From assembly GCA_030141605.1 (NCBI GenBank), contig JAQGDQ010001082.1:1-13690 (forward strand): a DNA stretch of 13,690 nucleotides, read 5' to 3'. The stretch's first letter is position 1, and each line of letters starts with the position of its first letter. The notes below the pieces were generated by a model. It worked only from the letters and a program-made list of their open reading frames with translations. It made no database searches and was not told the origin of the DNA. Position numbers and translations under genes: made by a program. This document shows positions 1-9,633 of this stretch, in pieces. This DNA comes from Tubiluchus corallicola (taxonomy: Eukaryota; Animalia; Priapulida).

Positions 1-22
1 TTTATTTTTAAAAACTATGTAC

Positions 23-290
23 AATAATAATAATAATAATCTTTATTTAAAGTCGGCTTTGGGTCAACAATTAACATTAGCTCAAAGAGCTATTATGGCC
101 GACTGTAAATAACAACCTACAACTACATAACAGAGACTATTATTACCCCACTTTTACCGTAAATACTACGCGTCAGGTAGGGCAACAGCAGGTACCATTT
201 TTAAAGTCTTTGGTATGACCCGGCTGCTGGTTCGAACTCACGATCTCCCAGACGGAAAGCAGACGCATTACCACTAGAGCAAATAGAGAC
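23..290 (-). mobile_element. tRNA-derived SINE (probably MetaSINE-type) with AATAAA and (ATT)n tail
   Basis: Minus strand shows an A-box-like TTGCTCTAGTGG (282-271) and B-box GAGTTCGAACC (239-229). These are followed by GGGTCATACCAAAGACTTTAAAAATGGTACC (222-191), which resembles the Meta SINE core domain as I recall it, and a 3' end AATAAAG(ATT)n (47-23). Confidence 0.78.
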
Positions 291-746
291 AATTTTTGAG
301 TTTTAATGCCGGCCGTACAAATTATTATTATAATTCATAATTTTTTAAAACTATGTACAGAATACATTACCTCTATTTGTACGGATATGTTAGAAATTTC
401 TAGAAGCACTTACAACGTATTAAACCTATTCACACACATATATATATATATATAATTTAGAATCCAACGCATGAGACACATTGAACGACAAAGATCATAT
501 ACAATAGACATAGTTACAAATTATAATCCAACAGTACATACATACATACATAATAAACGATAACGAACATATTTTAATACTTAGTAACAGAAATTTACAC
601 ACATCATACACAATGAAAAACAGCGAGTACAATTATAATAAACATAATTGCCAATTCTATTGCAAATTCACATAATCATAAATAAAAACAATTCAGCATA
701 TAGAAAACACGACGAGAGTTGTAAAATTTCATCACCAACAGACTGT

Positions 747-1340
747 TTATATACGCGCGAAAGACGATAGGAATTCATCCGAGATAAGATTTGCAAAAGC
801 ATTTATAGCATTATTATCCCGGCTAGAGAAAACATAGTCCGAATCTAACGTAGGCAGGGTGCTAATAAAATCATTTCTTTTGCCTTGGTTTACTAATGTA
901 CAGTCAAATAATAAATGATATACAGACTGAGGGCTTAATAACTAGTTACATGTGCTATTAGGAGCCTGCCCAAATTTGTACAAAAATTTCTTAAAATTTC
1001 CCTGCTTAAGTGATAAACTGAAAGCTAAAACTTCTAATTTTCTCCTGCCCAAAGAGACAGGGAATTGCGTGGGCGTATTAAAAACTTTTATCTGGTTAAT
1101 ACTGGTGTTTGTACATTGGTACTTGTGGCGACATCTATTTGTCAACATATGCAACACGTAATTGTCAATGTCACTTTTCTTGCATTGAAACGTAGGTGGT
1201 GGTGAAGATGTTATATCCATGCTACGCCAGTTTATATGTTTACTGATTTTTAAAAATTCGCGTGTATCTAGGCTAGTAATTGAAGTAAAAGTGAATGGAT
1301 AGATCTAGAACCAGAGAAAGGATAGCGAAAAGACTATAAA
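747..1340 (-). mobile_element. Decayed 3' end of a non-LTR retrotransposon ORF2 (C-terminal Cys/His knuckle region)
   Basis: The frame of ORF 942..1220 continues past its TAG: ...QGNFKKFLYKFGQAPNSTCN*LLSPQSVYHLLFDCTLV...ARI* (final TAA at 749-747). This resembles the GxFxxYLxrFg...CxC...QtvxHllfdC motif at the end of LINE ORF2 proteins, with the stop at the expected second Cys. The upstream boundary is approximate. Confidence 0.55.
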
Positions 1341-1510
1341 GTCACCTAGTCTGCTATCCTTTACCGAATATAGATAAAATGATTTTTAAGCACTGGTGGG
1401 CATTAATGTTTAATTTAGGAAACCTTAGTAATTTTAAAAATTATGACATTTTCTATATAATCCAGAGAAAAGAATATACATGTAGTTTAATTAGCAGGCA
1501 AGAATGAATG

Positions 1511-1573
1511 AAATAAATAAAGAACTAAATAAATAAACAAATAAATAAACAAACAAACAAACAAACAAACAAA

Positions 1574-1656
<83 letters not shown>

Positions 1657-1694
1657 ATAGGTAAATAAATAAGTAAATAAATAAATAAATAAAT
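1511..1694. repeat. (AAAT)n/(AAAC)n tetranucleotide microsatellite
   Basis: Directly visible tandem AAAT with an AAAC sub-block. Confidence 0.97.
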
Positions 1695-1898
1695 TACAAT
1701 AGATTTAGTTACTTATGTATAACATTATATATTAACTCATGGGAAGGGTGGCCAACAAACTACAGAGTTATTAAAACAGCCAATCTTGTTTATAAATTAA
1801 AACTGATGGATAAGCAATTAGCAATCTTGCAATGTGATATGATATAAATTCACATGTTATTATATAAGCCAACGTTAAAACAGCGTAAAAAAACCTAA

Positions 1899-2080
1899 TG
1901 ACGCGTTCACACTAGCGAGTTTTCACGCCAAGTTAACTCGCCAATTAACTTGCAAGCGCGTTAAAACTAAAGACAAAAACTTGCAGTGAGTTACTTTCCG
2001 ACAGTAAGTGCAAGCTGACACTCAATTTTCTATTCGCTGGGAGAAGTGTCGAAAGTAACTTGCCGTGGCGTTCACACTAG
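1899..2080. mobile_element. Possible terminus of a PIF/Harbinger-like non-autonomous DNA transposon
   Basis: GCGTTCACACTAG occurs twice (1903-1915, 2068-2080), the first shortly after TAA (1896-1898). An internal inverted pair lies at 1989-2003/2047-2060. Only a degenerate opposite end is seen near 3172-3186. Confidence 0.35.
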
Positions 2081-3784
2081 ACAATAAATCAGGGGAAGAA
2101 AAGAAAATGTTAAATTATGACCCAAAAAACTTTCCATGCAATTCGCTTACCTGCTGGAAAGACTTATGTAACTAGACTAATCATTTAAAATGTTTGTGCC
2201 AATTGGTAAAATGTCGCTGACTCACCTTCCAAATCAAAAACGTATTTTTAATCTTATTGACAAGATATAGTACTTTAAAATTTTAATAAATTAGCAACAT
2301 GTATGCTCCGAATGTTCTGATTATTTTTTCAAACTTTACTTAATGTTATCAAAACGTATTTCAGACGACCTACCATCAAAATGGCTGCGTCTAACAGTCA
2401 TCGCGGGAGTTTAAATTTACATGTTTTATACAGCGTTACGGCCGACGCAAGCCATGCACACAAAAAGGTAGTATGTTAGTGATCTTTTAAGCTTTGTGTA
2501 AGTGGAGGGTTTTTTGTTCTTTAAGAATATGAATATATCAAATTTTGTAACGTTTATGTTTCGCCTGGTCAATGTATGGTAACCAGGAGCCAAATGGGCT
2601 GAGAAGTTCAAAGTTCAATCCTAGACTGAAATGATCTTTTGCAGAATTTGGCCATTTCCCATCATTACAACAATGCTTAAAACATTAAGTCTTAAATGAG
2701 GACAGGATGATTTTTCATATACTATCCCACTTTCAAATCCGATAAAATGTTTACATTTTAACATGATTAATACTGCAAAAGCGTTTCTGATAATTAAATA
2801 ATAGATTAAAAACTTAATTAACGGCAGGTGAGCCCAACTCTTTATGATATCACAAACTAACATAATTTTCAACATCAAAAATATTCCACGAGCTTGTTGC
2901 ACGTGTTTGCGATAGCGAGAATTGAAGTGCAATGCTACTTTAAGATATTCAGTGTGTTGTACTAAAACTAGACAAGTTTTAAAATAAAAACTCAAATTTC
3001 AAATTTACCACTGTGCTCACGCATGAGCTGCCGATTGTGTGTAGTTCGTCACAAACTAACACATCTGAACTAGGTGGTATAGCACCTGTTTTTTGTACAA
3101 TGTATTTCGGAAATGCAGGCGCTAGTGCCCGTCTAACCAGTGAATGACGGAATGCATGTAACAATGAAGAACTAGTGGCGTGAACGTGAAATTGTGTTTG
3201 TGTGGTAATAATTCTTTCACGTAAGTCATTTTTTTGAAAAATGGTGTGTTTCCTTTCAATATTTTAAAGAGTAGATTGTTTTGACCTATAGTGGAGGGTT
3301 GCCTTCTGTTTCAAATCAACTACACAGCAGGGTGTACTTAAACCTGGTTTTCTGCAATTCTGAAACTTTGTATTGCTACAATTTTATCATCCTCCTCTAA
3401 TTTTGGCACCGCCTCGCGCACACCTTCTCTGGAGCCTCACAAACTCGCGCATGCGCTGTCGACTTCGTTCTTTGAACCTAATTTAATCAACTTGTGCTCC
3501 GTGGAAAATTAATCGTCGCCGAGACGCGCTCTCTTTTGCCGAAACCTCGTAATGTATGCCGCCCCTTTGCCCGACGCTAATCCACCCCCGGCGAGGGAAA
3601 ATAATGAAAGTTTTACGAGCAGCGATACAGCAATTAAACGGAGATTCAATGAAGAGTCAGTGGCATAAAGCTCACTCAATGAAGCTGGGTAGGTTGTGGG
3701 CGGAGACTGAGACGTTACAGATTGATTGAGTTCAATTGATTGGTTCTTGAAGCCTGGAAGCAGCATCAGCTGCAGCCTGGTGTA

Positions 3785-3862
3785 CTTGATCACGCGGAGG
3801 ATAGAAGAAGAAGAAGAAGAGGAAGAGGAGGAGGAGGAAAAGGAAGAAGAAAAAGATGATGG

Positions 3863-3914
<52 letters not shown>

Positions 3915-4730
3915 TAAGAACAAGAAGAAGAAGAAGAAGAAGAAGAAGAAGAAGAAGATGATGATGATGATGATGATGATGAAGAACAAGAACAATAAGA
4001 AGAAGAAGAAGAAGAAGAAAAAAAAGATGATGATGATGATGATGATGATGAAGAATTAGGAAGACTCATTTTATTTCGTACACATGCACAGTATAAGTAC
4101 TACAACAAAAGAATGCCAAATTGGTGGGCAAACATATTTGATCACGCGAGGAATAGAAGAAAAAGAAGAAGAAGAAGAAGAAGAAGAAGAAGAAGAAGAA
4201 TAGAAAGAATCATTTTATGTCGTACACATGCACAGTATAAGTACTACAACAAAAGAATGCCAAATTGGTGGGCAAACATGCTTGATCACGCGAGGAATAG
4301 AAGAAAAAGAAGAAGAAGAAGAAGAAGAAGAATAGAAAGAATCATTTTATGTCGTACACATGCACAGTATAAGTACTACATCAAGTACTACAACAAAAGA
4401 ATGTCAAATTGGTGGGCAAACATATTTGATGACACGGAGGAATAGAAGAAGAAGAAGAAGAAGAAGAAGAAGAAGAAGAAGAAGAAGAATAGGAAGAATC
4501 ATTTTATTTCGTACACATGCACAGTATAAGTACTACAACAAAAGAATGTCAAATTGGTGGGCAAACATACTTGATGACACGGAGGAATAGAAGAAGAAGA
4601 AGAAGAAGAAGAAAAAGAAGAAGAAGAAGAAGAATTAGAAAGAATCATTTTATTTCTTACACATGCACAGTATAAGTACTACATCAAGTACTACAACAAA
4701 AAAAAAAGCCATATTGGTGGACAAACATAT
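3785..4730. repeat. Compound minisatellite: about 100-bp constant unit x5 separated by variable (GAA)n; first linker expanded to mixed (GAA)/(GAG)/(GAT)n
   Basis: The unit core TCATTTTATKTCGTACACATGCACAGTATAAGTACTAC...TTGGTGGGCAAACAT starts at 4066, 4210, 4342, 4499 and 4645. A partial unit end (ACTTGATCACGCGGAGGATAG) is at 3785. Confidence 0.95.
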
Positions 4731-4959
4731 GAACATACAGTCCTGTACTTGTTGCCCTCATTCTAATATTAAACTTTATAATTTACAGTAGTTGTAAAGT
4801 GTATAGAAAAATTTTGATAATATAGTGCAATAATTTGATGATGTAGTGTAGAAATTGTAAAATTTAAGAACTTAATACTTAGAATTGAGAACACTTCTGT
4901 AAAGACATAGTAATAAGCTATGACGGGGCATGTAAACTTACTGTTTACCTATTTTGCTA

Positions 4960-5095
4960 CAGGTTATCCAGCAGTTGTTTATAAATGCATTTTTCCCCGG
5001 ACCTCTTAGCTGTGGAATTGCTTATCAGAAAGTATTTCACTATCCATTGTAGGTTCAGTCCTTCAAGAACAATGGCAAATTATACTTCTTATAGC
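4960..5095 (+). mobile_element. Short decayed CR1/L2-like LINE 3' coding remnant
   Basis: With frameshifts it reads ...FPRTS*LWNCLSESI...VQSFKNNGKLYFL*, resembling the FFPRTxxLWNxLP...SFK motif that ends CR1-group ORF2. Confidence 0.5.
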
Positions 5096-5229
5096 TCTTA
5101 AATTAGTTAGAGAAATTTGATATTCCGTGGTCATCCAGTAGTTGTTTATAAATGCAATACAAATTCAAATTTCAAATTTACTGCTCTGCTCACATATGAG
5201 CTCTCGAACGTGTGTAGTTCATCACATAC

Positions 5230-5297
5230 ATTATTGTTATTGTTATTATTATTACTAATATTATTATAATTATTATTGTTGTTTTTATTATTATTAC

Positions 5298-5346
<49 letters not shown>

Positions 5347-5359
5347 ATTATTATTGTTG

Positions 5360-5415
<56 letters not shown>

Positions 5416-5438
5416 GTTAATATTATTATTATTATTAA

Positions 5439-5508
<70 letters not shown>

Positions 5509-5527
5509 GTTATTATTATTATTATTG

Positions 5528-5565
<38 letters not shown>

Positions 5566-5576
5566 GTTATTGTTAA

Positions 5577-5628
<52 letters not shown>

Positions 5629-5691
5629 GTTATTATTATTATTAGTGCTATTATTATTATTGTTATTATTATTAGTACTATTATTGTTGTA
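5230..5691. repeat. (ATT)n trinucleotide microsatellite with GTT/AAT interruptions
   Basis: Directly visible; source of the poly-I and poly-L ORFs. Confidence 0.98.
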
Positions 5692-6145
5692 TGCATATAG
5701 TTGCAGCTTTATTCACTTCTCAGTTTAATATGATAAAAATATAACAATAATTTTTGTGGTTATGATATTAAGCACAATTCACACTGAATATGCATGCTTA
5801 CAATTAAGTACGAAAACTAAAATAGTAGTTTTGGGATAATTTGAACATTTATGAAAATTTATGAAAAATCTTAATTTAATTCCTCGTCAATAAAAATACC
5901 AAAGATCAAAATGTTTAATAACACACAAATAATAATTATTCTTATATAAGACTACATTAAATTCATGAAGTTATGGAATTGGTATGTTGCCAAATTTATC
6001 GCGTGTAAACTATAGCAATTATCGTGGTTTGCAGCCAAGTAGTACGCAATTAGGTCTACAATTATTTACACCATGCACTGTATCTACCAGAGATTATACC
6101 GTGAACTGAATTTACCTATATGAGTGTACAGAACTAACTTTAAAG

Positions 6146-6224
6146 TTGCGCGTGCGTGGATGACGTAATAATTCGACCATTGCGCATGCGTGGATGACGT
6201 TTCAATTTAACCTTTGCGCATGCT
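6146..6224. repeat. 34-bp tandem repeat, about 2.3 copies
   Basis: TTGCGC(G/A)TGCGTGGATGACGT... at 6146 and 6180, plus a partial copy at 6214. Confidence 0.85.
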
Positions 6225-6612
6225 CCGTGTTACAAATTTAACAGTTCAATTTCAAACTTCGAAGTAGCATTACATTACATCTTTTCTTTGTAAATTTCTG
6301 CTATAATTTCGCGCGACGGTACCGCCCTCTGTCGCTCACTTCATCGAGGCGCAATAACGTGCGCCATTAAGCAGATTAAGAAATGCAAATCAGACGTTTC
6401 TGACCGTAAACATTTCCCCAGAATACCGAGCTCGGGTCACTTTTATGTGTTTACGACTTGCAGTCTTTTCACAATGTCGAGAATCTTTGTGAAAATAAAA
6501 ACGAATAACTTATTGTCCGCTTTTCAATGCAGTCTGTTATTGGGTGATTGTGGCGAGGGTTATTGCCACTATACCAGATGAGATTTGCCAGAATGATACT
6601 ACAAGTCAGCCA

Positions 6613-6618
6613 TTTATT
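6613..6618 (-). terminator. Candidate polyadenylation signal (AATAAA) of the NR2E3-like gene
   Basis: First minus-strand AATAAA (tttatt on plus), about 130 nt after the stop codon. The region is AT-rich, so a more distal site could be the real one. Confidence 0.4.
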
Positions 6619-6749
6619 ATACAAACAGTCAGCGACTGTAAAGAAACGCAATATCTATGGTCGTCTGTTCAATATCTATGGTCGTATGCTATGACGGTCA
6701 TTCGTCAACGGAGAGTTGGAGACAATATGGCGCAGAATGAGTAGAAGTT

Positions 6750-6882
6750 CTAGCCTTTAAACATGTCACAGAGAAGCTTCTCCATGGGTGTGTTGCCGAT
6801 GGTTCGACTGAAGAACATGCCCTCTATGTGACCAGTGGGAACTTGCCGCAAAGCTGGGAGAGTCAGTAACAAACGACCAAAT
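6750..6882 (-). CDS. NR2E3: NR2E3/PNR-like nuclear receptor, last coding exon (helices 10-12, AF-2)
   Basis: Acceptor ttcatttctAG (6884-6883). 133 nt ending at the TAG stop (6752-6750). Translates (R)[59 protein letters not shown] is the NR2E3-type C-terminus. Confidence 0.96.
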
Positions 6883-7029
6883 CTAGAAATGAATTAAAAT
6901 GGAGTTATGGAAATTTACGAGTAAATTTACCGAGACATCACTAATTTACGTTTCTGATTGCCATCATGCTTTGTGAAATTGTATGAAATAAATGATACTA
7001 AGGACAGTTTGGAATGCAGCATTTAAAGT

Positions 7030-7790
7030 GGAGTAGGCAGAGCAAAGTAGATCAGTGCAGGACAGAGCAGAATAGAGCGGAGCAAGTGGAAGAGAAGTGA
7101 AGAGGAGAGGAGAGCAGAGAAGAGGAGAGGAGAAAAGAAAAGAGCAGCAAAGATGAGAAAAGAGAAGAGAAGACAAGAGAACAGACGAGCAAGTGAAACA
7201 CAAGTGAAGAGGAGAGTAGAAGAGAGGAGAGGAGGGGCAGAAGACAAGAAAAGAGGAGAAAATATGAGAAAAGAAAAGAGAAGACAAGAGAAGAGACAAG
7301 CAAGTGGATCAGAAACGAAGAGGAGACGACAGTACAGGAGAGAAGTCAAAAAAGAAGAGAAAAGATGAGAAAAGAAAAGAGAAGAGACGAGCAAGCGCGA
7401 CAGAAGTGCAGAGACGAGGACAGGACAGCACAGGAGAGAAGACAAGAAAAGAGGAGAAAATATGAGAAAAGAGAAGAGACGACAGGAGAAGAGATGAGCA
7501 AGTGGAGCAGAAGTTAGGAGGAGATGAGAGGAGAGAAAAGAAGAGGAGAGGAAGAGAAGAGAAGAAAGGAGGAGAAACGAGGCGAGGCGAGTAGAGTTCA
7601 GGACAGAGAAGCACAGGACTGGACAGGAGAGGATAGGACGAAACACAGCAGAAGAGAACAAAGCAGAGCAAAATTGAATAGAACATATTAGAACGGAACA
7701 GAACGAGACAGGAAGAAGCAGAACAATAAAGTACGGAATGGAGCAGAGCAGAGCAGAGCAGAGCAGAGCAGAGCAGAACAGAACAGAACA
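7030..7790. repeat. Degenerate purine-rich pentamer repeat (AGAGA/AGAGG/AGAGC/AGAAC) filling the last intron
   Basis: About 5-nt periodicity, pure (GAGCA)n from 7741, and a longer duplicated block GAAGACAAGAAAAGAGGAGAAAATATGAGAAAAG at 7240 and 7438. Confidence 0.9.
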
Positions 7791-7865
7791 CTCAAAGCAG
7801 GTCATTTCCATCCGAATCAAGCCGTAGATCACGAATAATACAACTAGATACATAAATTAATTTAC

Positions 7866-7971
7866 CTGACCGGATGTGTAGGATGATGTGTGCGGATGTG
7901 CTGGGCCAGCATCACCTGTGCCTGGTCCTGTAAATTCTCGACTTGTTGAGGATCCTTGAGACCTCTAGCTT
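7866..7971 (-). CDS. NR2E3: NR2E3/PNR-like nuclear receptor, penultimate coding exon
   Basis: Acceptor tctcatttcAG (7973-7972), donor GTCAG|GTAAA at 7865. 106 nt, phase 1 to phase 2. Translates (E)[34 protein letters not shown](R). Too short for the ORF track; found by manual translation. Confidence 0.95.
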
Positions 7972-8111
7972 CTGAAATGAGACACCAGATGTCAGGCTTG
8001 CTCTACGTACACTACACCATGCGTTGCACTAAGTATGACATTGGAAGCACGAAACAAATTCATTGAAAACTGAAAATGCTGCAATCTTTATTGTAAAATG
8101 TTTTCTGTCTA

Positions 8112-8432
8112 CGTTGGTGGGTTGTTTGCTGGTTTATTGGTTGGTTTTCTGGTTTGTTCGTTTGTTTTTCTGTCTGATTTTATTTGCATTGTTTGTCTGT
8201 CCGTCATTTAGCTGGTTGATTAGTTTGTTAGCAGATTTGTTAGTTGATTGGTTAATTGGTTGTTGTCTGTCTGTCAATTGGGTCATTCAGTCGATCAGTC
8301 AGTCTACTGGTCTAGTTGATTAGCTTATTTTCTAATTAGTTACTTAAGCTGGTTGGTGGGTTTGTTGGTCGAGCTGGTTGTTTAGCTGGCTTGATTACTG
8401 ACCAGTTGGTCGGTCGGTCAACCAATCAGTTG
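8112..8432. repeat. Degenerate tetranucleotide repeat (GGTT/GTTT/AGTT/GGTC) in intron
   Basis: 4-nt periodic G/T-rich low-complexity tract running up to the donor site at 8437. Confidence 0.7.
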
Positions 8433-8437
8433 TTTAC

Positions 8438-8681
8438 CTGGCTTAAACAAAACGATGGCCTTCAAGCAAGCGAATTCAGCCGGATCTACAGCGAACGCCT
8501 TAAACCGCGACATGACATCCTGCAGTACCCGCAGATCGGACAGTGTGGACGCGGCTTTACCAGCAGGAGCGTTCTGCGCATGCTCAGCTGACGTCAGCAG
8601 TGGTGATGATTCCATTGGCATTGACCACTGCAGTGCGCAAAGTGTGAACAGTTCACTCCAGGCTTCTTCAAGGAGAATTAC
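8438..8681 (-). CDS. NR2E3: NR2E3/PNR-like nuclear receptor, internal LBD exon
   Basis: Acceptor ttattttttAG (8683-8682), donor CCAG|GTAAAC at 8437. 244 nt, phase 0 to phase 1. Translates VILLEEAWSELFTLCALQWSMPMESSPLLTSAEHAQNAPAGKAASTLSDLRVLQDVMSRFKAFAVDPAEFACLKAIVLFKP, continuing RDQ|VILLEEAWSELF as in NR2E3. Confidence 0.96.
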
Positions 8682-9499
8682 CTAAAAAATAAACAATAAC
8701 TAACTGCAAGGTTATCACACTAATTCCCATAAATGTTTTACATAGTAATTATAAGTATCTCATGAGATCATTACATACATATAGTCATTGCTTTAGGTTT
8801 GATAAGAAAGACCGGATGATTGTTTACACTCAATCTCGTTTTCATTTACTGTCCAAAATATACATTTTCTTGCCTACCCAAAGTTGGCATTTGTTCTTAT
8901 ATTTGAATAATCATCATTGCTTACGTCACAAACTAACCACACTTTGTGCAATGGCAGGCGTCTTCCTTTGCGCGTCAAGTACATTTGAAATAGGTGTTAC
9001 AGTACTGTTTAAACGCATGGTGTCATGAAAATGGGCTCTACATCATACGACATCAGAAACTAACACTGCAGTTCATGCTCATGGTTGTCACGGTACCGCC
9101 TTCTATTTGTTGGCCACGCGAATGTGACAAAAAGGCGCCGTTGCCAATCTTAGTAGATTCACTGAGCCGCGCGTAGCTTCGAGAGTTTAACGAAATTTGA
9201 GTATCCGAGGTAATTATTATTTAATCTAATTAAAGCTTTGATTTAAAATAAGCTATTGTAGTTTTCAATATTTTAGAGCATTCTTTACTCTGATCTAATG
9301 TTTACACAATCAGACGGTTTTCCTTTAAATAATAATTTATTATAATATAGTCGTTAAAGAGCTAACAAGAGCAAAGGATCAGTTTGCAAACACTATGTTG
9401 AATTTCCGTGCATTGTTGATCATTGGTGGATGGGTCTGATAGCTTTTGCTTTAGGACACAGTTTCAAGTTTGTACAAAATGTTTTGCTTAGTTTTGCTG

Positions 9500-9633
9500 T
9501 GCTGTTGGTGTTGATGTTGTAGATTATCATCATTATTGTCGTCGTCATCATCATCATCATCATCATCATTATCGTTATTTTTGTTGTTGTGGTGTGTGTA
9601 GTGTAGTTGGTGTTATCGTCATCATTATTATTA
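9500..9633. repeat. Mixed trinucleotide tract centred on (ATC)n
   Basis: Pure (CAT)n at about 9546-9569, flanked by TTG/GTC/ATT triplets. Confidence 0.8.

Noticed and set aside
225-290. Stand-alone tRNA gene
   Set aside because: A and B boxes are present, but I could not form a convincing acceptor stem and it runs into a SINE body and tail.
2426-3164. Three short minus-strand ORFs as a possible transposase
   Set aside because: No recognisable DDE, Myb/SANT or other motif; composition looks non-coding.
3509-4590. Poly-S/E/D/K/M/R ORFs, including the repeated MPNWWAN...RRRR peptides
   Set aside because: They are translations of triplet microsatellites and the minisatellite; frames shift and stop between units.
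4066-4730. CRISPR-like appearance (constant repeats with variable spacers)
   Set aside because: Repeats are about 100 bp, the spacers are only (GAA)n, no cas genes are present, and the context is a spliced eukaryotic locus.
5190-5728. Poly-I and poly-L ORFs
   Set aside because: Translations of (ATT)n.
6964-7853. Several long L/S/F/C-rich ORFs
   Set aside because: Low-complexity pentamer repeat inside the last NR2E3 intron.
8391-8685. Plus-strand ORFs overlapping the LBD exon
   Set aside because: Antisense shadows of a GC-richer coding exon.
2850-8937. 12-mer TCACAAACTAAC seen three times (2850, 3049, 8926)
   Set aside because: Too short, with unrelated flanks, to interpret without a genome-wide count.
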